Notes under the pieces: generated by a model
The model's database searches: none
Seen by the model: the letters and a program-made list of their open reading frames with translations, nothing else
Told to the model about the DNA's origin: nothing
Part shown: positions 43,370 to 52,087 of the stretch, in pieces
How the letters are laid out: each line of letters starts with the position of its first letter
How positions within the stretch are numbered: the stretch's first letter is position 1
DNA from: Escherichia virus TH21
Reading direction: 5' to 3' (one strand)
DNA: 52,087 nucleotides
Sequence record: MT446395.1
Translations under genes and position numbers: made by a program

Positions 43370-43680
43370 AACGGGCGGTCGAGCTACTATTTAGACGAAC
43401 GCCCACAGATGCAGAATTAGAGGCATACGGATTAACCCGTGAAGACTACGAAAACGAAGATCCAGAGATATTGCAGTTCGACGAGGAAACTTACCAGTCA
43501 TGGGAAGTATTCACCGCAATGCAAACTCAATGGAGGTCTGCCGGAGCAGGTGCTTACGGGCTTGATTATAATGTCTTGCCTATGCTATTTCGAATCTATA
43601 AAATAGATTGTGAAGAAATGGCCTTAAATGATGTGCGCGTGATGGAAGCGGAAGCGCTTAAGCAAATGCACAAAAAATAA
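43360..43680 (+). CDS. -1 frameshift extension of the tail chaperone (lambda GT-like)
   Basis: slippery heptamer A-AAA-AAC at 43360..43366; the -1 frame is open from there to 43680. Confidence 0.55.
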   Translation, partial: KKLKRAVELLFRRTPTDAELEAYGLTREDYENEDPEILQFDEETYQSWEVFTAMQTQWRSAGAGAYGLDYNVLPMLFRIYKIDCEEMALNDVRVMEAEALKQMHKK

Positions 43681-43681
43681 T

Positions 43682-43703
43682 AGCGCCTACGGGCGCTTTT
43701 TTC
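43682..43703 (+). terminator. intrinsic terminator
   Basis: hairpin agcgcc-tac-gggcgct plus T6. Confidence 0.6.
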
Positions 43704-43716
43704 GTATGGGGGTTTT

Positions 43717-46623
43717 ATGACAGATAAATTTGCAGGGCTATCGCTTGGGGTTGACGTATCCCAGGTTGACGCGGCGGTTAAATCTCTGGATGACTTATCC
43801 AGGGCGAACGGCACAGCCGGAAAGAGCTTTGACAATTTCATTGATGCCGAGCAAGTCGCAAAGCAGAAGATGAAAGAGTTCAACAACGAGGTGAAGCGCC
43901 AGAAGAAGGAGTTCTCTGATGTAGAAAAGGTCATAGACCCTACAGCGAACAAGATGCGACAGTTGCAGCAAGCAAGTGTGGATCTGGATAAACTCTGGAG
44001 TAAGGGCATGGTCCCAGACAAGGAGTTTTTTAACCTTTCAAGCATGATTGAGACTCAGATTAACGCGCTTAATCGTTCGAAACTTGCCATGACAGAAGAA
44101 GGTCGGGCGGCGCTGGAGAACTCAAAGGCAAAGGCCGCAGCAAAGAACAGCGCTGATTCATTCCTTAAATCACTAAGGGATCAGGCGAACGCAGCTACCA
44201 TGACAAAGCAGGAGCTATTGGAGCTGAGAGCCGCAGAGCTTGGAGTGACAGCTCAGGCCGCTCCATTTATCGCCGCAATGAATAAGCAGGCAAAGGCTAC
44301 AAACGTCGCTGGGCTTTCTGTTGGTGAGTACAAAAACGCAATGCGTATGCTACCAGCTCAAATAACTGATGTGGTTACTTCCCTTGCGTCAGGGATGCCT
44401 GTGTGGTTGGTGGCTGTTCAGCAGGGCGGACAGATCAAGGACTCATTCGGCGGCGTAGGCAATACATTCAAGGTTCTGCTTTCATACCTGAATCCAGTGA
44501 CAGTTGGGATGACTGCGATGGGTATTGCGCTTGCTGGCCTGGCTAAAGCTGGTTACGACTCCTACCGCTCAATTACAGATATGAAAAATGCCTTGATTGA
44601 AACTGGCGGATTTGCAGCGGCGAGCGCGGCGGACCTTGATCAGATCGCAAACAAGATTGCAGATACCAGCAACGCGACTATCGGATCTGTTCGAGATATT
44701 GCAACTGAACTAGCAAAAAGCGGTAAGTACACTCAGGACCAAATCAGGAATATCACCCGCGCCACCGCTGAATGGTCAGCCGCAACGGGCCGAGCTACGA
44801 GCGACATTATAAGTGACTTTGGCAAGATTGCAGATGATCCGGTGAAAGGGCTTGCGAAGCTGAATGAGCAATACAACTTCCTGGAGAAAGGCCAACTGAC
44901 ATATATCAACGGGATTGTTAAAACCAAGGGCGAAACCGAAGCTGCGACGGAGGCGACCAAGCTGTTTGCTGACACCATGGAAGAACGCATGAGCAAGATT
45001 GCAGGCACTGCAACGCCGCTTGAAAAAATGTGGACTGACATTAAGAAATGGTCATCCGACGCTTGGGGTTGGGTTGGCGATCATACACTCGGCGCTCTAA
45101 ACCTCATCATTGATGTGGTTAGCGGTACGGTGATTCAGGTAAAAATGATTCTCGCCAAGGGTGACGAATACATTTCTAACTTTATCGCATCGGCAATAAA
45201 GGCAACGCAAAGCCTGCCTGGTATGAGTGATTTCGGTAAGGATATTCTCAACGAACAGCAGACTATCGTTAAGAACTCCAAAGACACCTATGACAGCCTC
45301 GCAAAAGATCTGGACGTGATTAACGCGCGAGTAGAAAAGGGCGAGATGGGTTACATCAATGCTCTAAAAGGACGTCGTGATCTGGAGAAGCAGTACAGCA
45401 AGGAGACTAAGGAGGCCGTAGAGAAGGAAGCTAAAGCGATTGAGGAGCAAAACAGGAAGAAAGCAAAAAGCAGCAGCGGAGTCACCAAGGGCGCTACAGA
45501 GCAGCTTGACAAAGAACTTTACATTCTCAAAGCTCAGCTAAAAGTACTCCAGGAACATAGCTCTATAAACGACAAGATCTCAAGTCAAAGGAAAGCTCTG
45601 TGGGCTACTGAGGCTCAGATTGCAATCCTCCAGGACGCGCAGAGTAAGCGCAAACTTACCAACGAGGAAAAGGCATTGCTCGCCAGTCAGCAAAAGGTGT
45701 TATCGCTATCGAAGGAGAAGGCCGAGTTAGGGGATCAGATTGTCCAGCAGGAGCGAATTAACAAGCTGAATGATGAGTCAATGAAGTTCATCATGCAGAT
45801 TGACGCAGCGAGTAAAAGCCTTAACGCCACGCGAGCTATGGGTACTCGCGAAGCTGAGCGGCAGATTCAGCTAGAGAAGATTAGGGCTGACTATATGTCA
45901 AAAGGTGGCGGCGCTGATGACTCTGCACTGTCGAACATGATTGATAAGCAGAAGGAGTATTACGCGGAAGAGGATCAGCTTCGTGGTGATTGGTTAGCTG
46001 GGGCGCAGCGTGCATTCGCCGATTACGGAGAGAGTGCAAACGACATGAATGCAAATGTATATGACGTCACAATGGCATCCCTTAACGGAATGAGCGATAT
46101 GATGACCGAGTTCTTGATGACTGGCCAGGCAAACTTTGCCGACTTTGCAAAGAGCATTATCAGCCAGATCATTAAGATGATCACGCAGATGGTAATCTTC
46201 AACTCACTATCTGGAATGGGAATAGGCAGCGGCAAGGGATTCTCTTTCGCTAACTCAGGGTGGTTCGCCACTGGCGGTTACACCGGAGATGGCGGCAAGT
46301 ATGAGCCAGCAGGCACGGTTCATAAAGGTGAGTTTGTCATGACCAAGGAAGCTACCAAGCGAATTGGCGTCGATAACCTTTATCGAATGATGCGCGGTTA
46401 TGCTAATGGCGGCGTGGTTGGTGGAACAACAATCGGTGGCGGCGGTAGTGCAATCATGGCTGGCGGCGTGACAATCGGAAGCATCCCTGTTAGCATAAAT
46501 AACGGTAGCGATCCGAAGGGCATGGAGCAGGGCGTGAAAATGATTTTCAAGCAAATGATTCAGGAATCATGTGCCCAGGGTGGCGAAGTTTACAATTACA
46601 TCAACGGAAAAGCAGGAGCGTAA
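43717..46623 (+). CDS. tape measure protein
   Basis: 968 aa; coiled-coil-rich; hydrophobic segments; follows chaperone. Confidence 0.8.
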   Translation: MTDKFAGLSLGVDVSQVDAAVKSLDDLSRANGTAGKSFDNFIDAEQVAKQKMKEFNNEVKRQKKEFSDVEKVIDPTANKMRQLQQASVDLDKLWSKGMVPDKEFFNLSSMIETQINALNRSKLAMTEEGRAALENSKAKAAAKNSADSFLKSLRDQANAATMTKQELLELRAAELGVTAQAAPFIAAMNKQAKATNVAGLSVGEYKNAMRMLPAQITDVVTSLASGMPVWLVAVQQGGQIKDSFGGVGNTFKVLLSYLNPVTVGMTAMGIALAGLAKAGYDSYRSITDMKNALIETGGFAAASAADLDQIANKIADTSNATIGSVRDIATELAKSGKYTQDQIRNITRATAEWSAATGRATSDIISDFGKIADDPVKGLAKLNEQYNFLEKGQLTYINGIVKTKGETEAATEATKLFADTMEERMSKIAGTATPLEKMWTDIKKWSSDAWGWVGDHTLGALNLIIDVVSGTVIQVKMILAKGDEYISNFIASAIKATQSLPGMSDFGKDILNEQQTIVKNSKDTYDSLAKDLDVINARVEKGEMGYINALKGRRDLEKQYSKETKEAVEKEAKAIEEQNRKKAKSSSGVTKGATEQLDKELYILKAQLKVLQEHSSINDKISSQRKALWATEAQIAILQDAQSKRKLTNEEKALLASQQKVLSLSKEKAELGDQIVQQERINKLNDESMKFIMQIDAASKSLNATRAMGTREAERQIQLEKIRADYMSKGGGADDSALSNMIDKQKEYYAEEDQLRGDWLAGAQRAFADYGESANDMNANVYDVTMASLNGMSDMMTEFLMTGQANFADFAKSIISQIIKMITQMVIFNSLSGMGIGSGKGFSFANSGWFATGGYTGDGGKYEPAGTVHKGEFVMTKEATKRIGVDNLYRMMRGYANGGVVGGTTIGGGGSAIMAGGVTIGSIPVSINNGSDPKGMEQGVKMIFKQMIQESCAQGGEVYNYINGKAGA

Positions 46624-46626
46624 TAA

Positions 46627-46974
46627 ATGGCACTAGACGTATTCAATTGGTGCGTACAGGTTCAGGATGGTGGCGGTGTGATGACCGTCACCAACAATGA
46701 CAGACAGGTGCAGTTTGGTAATGGATTCCGCCAGGTTGCATCGTCTGGCTACAACACTGAGCGACGAGAGTACGCAATCAGTTACGTTGGCAAGGACTGG
46801 AAAGAGGTGCGCGAATTTTTGCGATCGCACAGACTGAAAGCCTTTGCCTTTACCCCACCGGAGGACAAGATCGGCGTCTTCCTATTGAAGCCTGACACGC
46901 TTAATACTCAGCCAATCGGTCGAGGTCTTCTTGTCGTAAAATGCACCATTGTAGAAGCCTTCACAGCGGTGTAG
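46627..46974 (+). CDS. minor tail protein (lambda M-like)
   Basis: 115 aa; position after tape measure. Confidence 0.55.
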   Translation: MALDVFNWCVQVQDGGGVMTVTNNDRQVQFGNGFRQVASSGYNTERREYAISYVGKDWKEVREFLRSHRLKAFAFTPPEDKIGVFLLKPDTLNTQPIGRGLLVVKCTIVEAFTAV

Positions 46975-46980
46975 AATAAA

Positions 46981-47001
46981 GCCTCCTAACGGGGCTTTTT
47001 T
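46981..47001 (+). terminator. intrinsic terminator
   Basis: hairpin gcctc-ctaac-ggggc plus T6. Confidence 0.5.
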
Positions 47002-47016
47002 ATTGGAGGTAATCCC

Positions 47017-47763
47017 ATGACACCTAAGTTTGAAAACGTATTGCAGGGGCTATTCCCTGGTGAGATCATGACGCTAATCGACGTTGACGGAACTAAATTC
47101 GGAGCGCAGGTCTACCGATTCCACAACGAGAACATCCAGTTTACGCCGGAAGAGATTCTTGCAGCAACACAGCCAGGCGGGAGCCTTAAGCCAAAAACAA
47201 TCACCTTTCAGGGAAATGAATATGGCGCACGCCCCTTCGGCATCTCTGGCATTGACTTAAATGGTAATGGCAAGGCCGGAAAGCCTCAGCTATCACTATC
47301 TAACCTTGATAGCCGCGTGTCGGCGCTTATCCGGTCCTACAACGGCATGATGCAGGCCAAGGTGACTATCTGGATAACCTCACGCGAAATGCTAGGCAGT
47401 ACAGGCAACGTTGCGGCTGGCGACTTCCGAAAATACGTTTACTACGTTGAGCGACCGAACTTTGTGGATCAGAACCTTGCGCGATTCGACCTGACTTCAC
47501 CATATGATATGGACGGAATCATGATCCCGCCGCGAGTGACTCAGAGTGTTTGCTTTTGGGCGCAGCGTGGATGGTATCGAAGCGGACGCGGTTGCGGTTA
47601 CAATGGAAGCCGGATGTTTGACAAAGACAACAATCCAGTAACTGATCAGTCACAGGACGTATGCGCAGGAACTGTAACTGCCTGCAAATTACGATTTGGC
47701 GACAAAAACGAATTAGATTTCGGCGGCTGTGCGGTCGCATCACTTGACAGGAAAAACCAATGA
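47017..47763 (+). CDS. minor tail protein (lambda L-like), Cys-rich C-terminus
   Basis: 248 aa; C-terminal Cys cluster. Confidence 0.6.
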   Translation: MTPKFENVLQGLFPGEIMTLIDVDGTKFGAQVYRFHNENIQFTPEEILAATQPGGSLKPKTITFQGNEYGARPFGISGIDLNGNGKAGKPQLSLSNLDSRVSALIRSYNGMMQAKVTIWITSREMLGSTGNVAAGDFRKYVYYVERPNFVDQNLARFDLTSPYDMDGIMIPPRVTQSVCFWAQRGWYRSGRGCGYNGSRMFDKDNNPVTDQSQDVCAGTVTACKLRFGDKNELDFGGCAVASLDRKNQ

Positions 47764-48485
47764 TTAACGGCAAAATTAAGATGGCAATCTTCGAGCATGC
47801 AAAATCAGTTTACCCCAATGAATGCTGCGGTGTGGTTACTCAAAAAGGCCGAGTTCAAAAATACTGGCCTATTGACAACGTTCACTCGGAACCGGAAAAG
47901 GGTTTTCAGTTTCATTCTGTTCAGTACGCTTGCATTGAGGATGACGCCGAACTAACCACGATCGCGATCGTACATAGCCATACTGGCGACGGGGCAACCA
48001 CTTTACCAAGTGCTCACGACCTGTGCGTGTTGAATGAGATGGAATTGCCATGGGTGATTGTAAGTCTGCCGGAAGGTGACATGAGAATCGTTCATCCAGA
48101 ATCTATGCCGCTGATTGGTCGGCCCTGGTCGCTTGGCTCATTCGATTGTTGGGGGCTGGTTATGGCGTGGCACAAAGAGCAAGGTGTGATCCTGAATGAC
48201 TTCCGCAAACCTTACGAGTGGTGGAAGCCTGAGCATGGAGAGAATCTATACCAGGAAAACTACATAAAAGAGGGATTCGTTGAAACAGGAAGAAATCCTG
48301 AGCCTGGTGACATGGTAATCATGAAACTACAGGCCGAAGTGTGGAATCACGCGGGGATTTACCTTGGAAACAATCAACTTCTTCACCACGCCTTCGGTAA
48401 GCTGTCAAAAACGGATATTTACTCAGGCTGGTTACAGGAACATACAGTAATGGTTTGCAGACATAAGGACTTAGACAAATGTTAA
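47760..48485 (+). CDS. tail assembly protein (lambda K-like; JAB/MPN plus NlpC/P60-like)
   Basis: 241 aa; HSHTGDG..D JAMM-like motif; Cys/His C-terminal domain. Confidence 0.6.
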   Translation: MINGKIKMAIFEHAKSVYPNECCGVVTQKGRVQKYWPIDNVHSEPEKGFQFHSVQYACIEDDAELTTIAIVHSHTGDGATTLPSAHDLCVLNEMELPWVIVSLPEGDMRIVHPESMPLIGRPWSLGSFDCWGLVMAWHKEQGVILNDFRKPYEWWKPEHGENLYQENYIKEGFVETGRNPEPGDMVIMKLQAEVWNHAGIYLGNNQLLHHAFGKLSKTDIYSGWLQEHTVMVCRHKDLDKC

Positions 48486-49072
48486 AAACGATCAAGCTAT
48501 CCGGCTCGCTGGGCCGTCGATTCGGTGTTTTCCATAAGTTCGACGTTGACTCATACCCCGAAGCAATTCGGGCGTTATCATCCCAGGTGGAAGGGTTCAA
48601 GGAGTTCATGCAGAGTGAGATAGGATCACGTATGCACTTCGCAGTATTCGTTGACGGAAAGAATGTAGGCCAGCATGACGAGGCCGCATTCGTTTGTGCT
48701 AAAGAGGTTCGAATTATCCCGATCCCTACAGGCTCAAAGAACGGCGGCATGTTCCAGATTGTTGTTGGTGCTGTGATGATGGTCGCAGCATTCTACACTG
48801 GCGGCGCATCACTGGCGCTAATGGGTACGTTCGCAACGTCAGCATTTATGATGGGCGGCGCAATGGTGCTAGGTGGGGTAATGCAGATGATTTCACCGCA
48901 GCAGGGAGGCTCAAAGATGGAAGTTCAAAGCAGCAAGAACAAACCATCATACGCCTTCGGCGGCGCAGTAAACACGACAGCAGCAGGAAGCCCGATCCCC
49001 GTGCCATACGGGTATCGAACGGTAGGCGGAGCAACGTTCTCAGCCTACAGCGTTGCGGAAGATATGGCATAA
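48479..49072 (+). CDS. tail assembly protein (lambda I-like)
   Basis: 197 aa; hydrophobic Gly/Ala-rich C-terminal half. Confidence 0.55.
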   Translation: MLKTIKLSGSLGRRFGVFHKFDVDSYPEAIRALSSQVEGFKEFMQSEIGSRMHFAVFVDGKNVGQHDEAAFVCAKEVRIIPIPTGSKNGGMFQIVVGAVMMVAAFYTGGASLALMGTFATSAFMMGGAMVLGGVMQMISPQQGGSKMEVQSSKNKPSYAFGGAVNTTAAGSPIPVPYGYRTVGGATFSAYSVAEDMA

Positions 49073-49076
49073 GTCA

Positions 49077-49100
49077 AACCCGCCTTGCGCGGGTTTTTTT
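49077..49100 (+). terminator. intrinsic terminator/attenuator before J
   Basis: hairpin acccgc-cttgc-gcgggt plus T7. Confidence 0.6.
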
Positions 49101-49148
49101 GTGCCTGTATAATGAAACTTCGATAAATCGCACGAAAGGCTAAACATC

Positions 49149-52087
49149 ATGATTAAAAATAGTGTAGTGACGGGCCGAAAGGGTGGCAGCAGCAAGCCGC
49201 ATACCCCACAGGAGATGGAAGATAACCTGATCTCAATCAACAAGATTAAGGTTTTGCTCGCTGTTAGTGATGGCGAGGTTGACGCGAACTTCTCATTAAA
49301 GGACTTATATCTTAATGATGTTCCTGTAATTGCACCATCCGGCGAGGTTAACTATGAAGGCGTAACGGCTGAGTTTCGCCCTGGAACGCAGACTCAGGAT
49401 TACATCAAAGGCTTCAACGACACGGCGGCTGAGTTCACTGTAGGCCGTGAATTGAAAACAACGACGCCTTACGTGATCTCGGTAACGAATAAACAGCTAT
49501 CAGCCGTCCGCGTAAAAATCCTGATGCCTCGCGGCGTTACAACGAAAGAAAACGGCGATATGGTCGGCGTGGTCGTGAAGTGGGCAGTAGATATGGCGGT
49601 AGATGGCGGGAACTACCAGGAAGTTTTATCAGACGTCATCGACGGAAAGACCATTAGCGGATATGACAAAACAAAGCGAATCGACCTCCCAGCGTTCAAT
49701 AGTCAGGTTCTATTGCGTGTTCGACGCGTTACGGCTGATTCAACTGATGCGCGCATCGTTGATACGATAAACATCCAGTCTTATGCCGAAGTGGTTGATG
49801 CTAAATTCCGTTACCCTCTGACTGGTCTTGTTTACGTCGAGTTTAACAGCGAGCTATTCCCGCAGATCCCAAGTATTAGCACGAAAAAGAAATGGAAGCT
49901 CATTAACGTTCCGAGCAACTATAATCCAGAGCTTCGCGAGTATAACGGCACATGGGATGGCAGCTTCAAAAAAGCGTGGTCAAATAATCCGGCGTGGGTG
50001 CTTTATGATTTGATTACCAATCAGCGCTACGGACTCGACCAGCGGGAATTGGGAATCGCGGTTGATAAGTGGTCACTCTATGACGCTGGTCAATACTGCG
50101 ACCAAAAAGTGCCAGACGGTCACGGAGGAACGGAGCCTCGCTATCTTTGCGATGTGGTGATTCAGTCTCAGGTTGAAGCGTACAATCTTGTGCGAGACAT
50201 TTGCTCAATATTCCGAGGAATGAGCTTCTGGAACGGTGAGAGCCTTTCAATTGTCATCGACCGACCGAGAGAGGCGTCTTATATTTTCACTAACGATAAC
50301 GTCGTTGATGGCTCATTTGCCTATACGTTCGCAAGTGAAAAAAGCATGTACACAACCTGCAACGTCACGTTCGACGACGAGCAGAACATGTACAGCCAGG
50401 ACATTGAGGGCGTGTTCGACCTTAACGCTTCATTGCGCTTCGGCCATAACCCGACAAGCATCACGGCGATCGGATGCACTCGACGCAGTGAAGCGAATCG
50501 ACGGGGCCGCTGGGTTCTCAAAACAAACCTTCGCAGCACAACGGTGAGTTTTGCAACTGGCCTTGAGGGTATGATTCCGATGATTGGCGACGTGGTAGCA
50601 ATCGCTGATAACTTCTGGTCAAGCAATCTGACGCTTTCGTTATCAGGTCGTGTGATGGAAGTGTCAGGCCTGCAAGTGTTCACTCACTTCAAGGTTGATG
50701 CGCGCGCTGGTGATTTCATTATCGTGAACAAGGCTGACGGAAATCCGGTGCGCCGGACGATTTCAAAAGTGTCTGCGGACGGGAAAACCATTGAGCTTAA
50801 CGTTGGATTCGGCTTTGATGTTCAACCCAACACAGTGTTCGCAATCGACCGCACTGATGTGGCCTTGCAGCAATACGTTGTAACCGGAATCACGAAGGGA
50901 GACGGCGACGATGAGTTCACGTACAGCATTACGGCAGTTGAATACGATCCGAACAAATACGACGAGATTGACTACGGCGTAAATATTGATGACCGACCAA
51001 CCAGTATTGTAGATCCTGACAACATGCAGCCACCAAAAAACATTGTTGTTTCATCATACTCTCGAATTGTGCAGGGGATGAGCGTTGAGACAATGGTGAT
51101 AGGGTGGGATAAAGTTCAGTACGCGAGCAAGTACGACGTGCAGTGGAGAAAGGATAACGGTAACTGGATGAACGTACCGCGTACAGCAAGCTCAGAGGTT
51201 GAGGTTGAAGGGATTTATGCGGGTAATTATCACGTACGCGTAAGGAGCATATCAAGCGGTGGAAACACGTCTCCATGGTCTGATGTTGTCAGCGTTGGGT
51301 TGACTGGTAAGATTGGGAAGCCAGATAAACCAACAGTAATAACCGCATCTAACGACCAGGTATTTGGGATACGGGTTAAATGGGGATTCCCTGAAGGTTC
51401 TGGCGACACTGCCTACACTGAGTTGCAGCAGATACCAGATAATGGCGCGGGAGGTCACACAGGAGAGGAGAACGCAAGCCTGTTAACAATGATCCCATAC
51501 CCTCAGTACGAGTACTGGCACTCGACACTACCGGCAGGATATGTGAACTGGTACAGGGCAAGATTGGTAGACAGGATTGGTAACGCCTCTGACTGGTCTG
51601 ACATTGTTCGCGGAATGGCAAGCGATGACGTTGAGTCAATAATTGGAGAAATAAAGGTTGATATCGAGAATTCCGAGGGGTTTAAGTACCTACAGCAGAA
51701 CGCCATTGAGTCAAACGGAGCTATTCAGGCGCAGGCGGAATCAATTCTTGAAAACGCACTTGCAAACGACACGGACGTGCGACGAATGACCAAGGAAAAC
51801 GGCAAGCGTAAGGCTGAATACGTTCAGGCGGTGAATCTTATTGCTGATGAAACTCAGGCGCGCGTAGAGGCTCTCACTCAGCTTAAAGCGCAGATTGATG
51901 ATGATGTCGTAGCCTCCATAACTGAAGTTCAGACGGCACTAGCCACCGAAACGGAAGCAAGGACCACGGCGGATACAGCTCTGAGTTCTCAGCTTGGAGA
52001 TACTCAGGCAGCGCTGAATGAAAAACTTGATTCCTGGGTGGATGCAGAATCAGCTGGCGCCCAGTACGGCGTTAAGTTAGGTCTAAA
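49149..52087 (+). CDS. tail tip / host-specificity protein (lambda J-like), 5' part; runs off the window end and continues at 873..1317
   Basis: open frame from ATG 49149 with no stop to 52087; in frame with ORF 85..1317 through the 872-bp repeat; full length about 1127 aa. Confidence 0.75.
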   Translation, partial: MIKNSVVTGRKGGSSKPHTPQEMEDNLISINKIKVLLAVSDGEVDANFSLKDLYLNDVPVIAPSGEVNYEGVTAEFRPGTQTQDYIKGFNDTAAEFTVGRELKTTTPYVISVTNKQLSAVRVKILMPRGVTTKENGDMVGVVVKWAVDMAVDGGNYQEVLSDVIDGKTISGYDKTKRIDLPAFNSQVLLRVRRVTADSTDARIVDTINIQSYAEVVDAKFRYPLTGLVYVEFNSELFPQIPSISTKKKWKLINVPSNYNPELREYNGTWDGSFKKAWSNNPAWVLYDLITNQRYGLDQRELGIAVDKWSLYDAGQYCDQKVPDGHGGTEPRYLCDVVIQSQVEAYNLVRDICSIFRGMSFWNGESLSIVIDRPREASYIFTNDNVVDGSFAYTFASEKSMYTTCNVTFDDEQNMYSQDIEGVFDLNASLRFGHNPTSITAIGCTRRSEANRRGRWVLKTNLRSTTVSFATGLEGMIPMIGDVVAIADNFWSSNLTLSLSGRVMEVSGLQVFTHFKVDARAGDFIIVNKADGNPVRRTISKVSADGKTIELNVGFGFDVQPNTVFAIDRTDVALQQYVVTGITKGDGDDEFTYSITAVEYDPNKYDEIDYGVNIDDRPTSIVDPDNMQPPKNIVVSSYSRIVQGMSVETMVIGWDKVQYASKYDVQWRKDNGNWMNVPRTASSEVEVEGIYAGNYHVRVRSISSGGNTSPWSDVVSVGLTGKIGKPDKPTVITASNDQVFGIRVKWGFPEGSGDTAYTELQQIPDNGAGGHTGEENASLLTMIPYPQYEYWHSTLPAGYVNWYRARLVDRIGNASDWSDIVRGMASDDVESIIGEIKVDIENSEGFKYLQQNAIESNGAIQAQAESILENALANDTDVRRMTKENGKRKAEYVQAVNLIADETQARVEALTQLKAQIDDDVVASITEVQTALATETEARTTADTALSSQLGDTQAALNEKLDSWVDAESAGAQYGVKLGL

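Overview
The window is a complete T1-like (Drexlerviridae-type) siphophage genome of about 51.2 kb, written with an 872-bp wrap-around: positions 1..872 repeat 51216..52087, and the lambda J-like tail-tip gene runs across that junction. All calls are from reading the sequence and the ORF track; no database search was run, so family names rest on motifs and gene order. Layout: J 3' end, then a minus-strand Cor-like lipoprotein module (1345..2537); a plus-strand early/replication block (3057..15932) with exonuclease, Erf-like annealing protein, SSB, helicase, VRR-NUC nuclease, Dam methyltransferase and an HTH-metallophosphoesterase, with a tail fibre, primase and HTH gene on the minus strand; a lysis cassette (16053..17184); two divergent accessory operons of mostly small unknown genes (17347..23404 minus, 24094..32605 plus); and a lambda-like packaging, head and tail module (32688 to the wrap). 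The most interesting signals are in the accessory operons and intergenic DNA: a 19-copy palindromic intergenic cassette (TAGCAC-N3-TTGCTAAA) linked to a conserved ATCGAAACGA leader; a small acidic protein and a dNMP kinase that both carry an SSB-like C-terminal tip; a domain-deleted paralogue of a P-loop protein; a four-member family of small acidic proteins; two paralogous AT-rich control regions with an iteron-like repeat cluster; an orphan C5-methyltransferase-like gene; and a -1 frameshift site in the tail chaperone. No CRISPR array, tRNA or rRNA was found.
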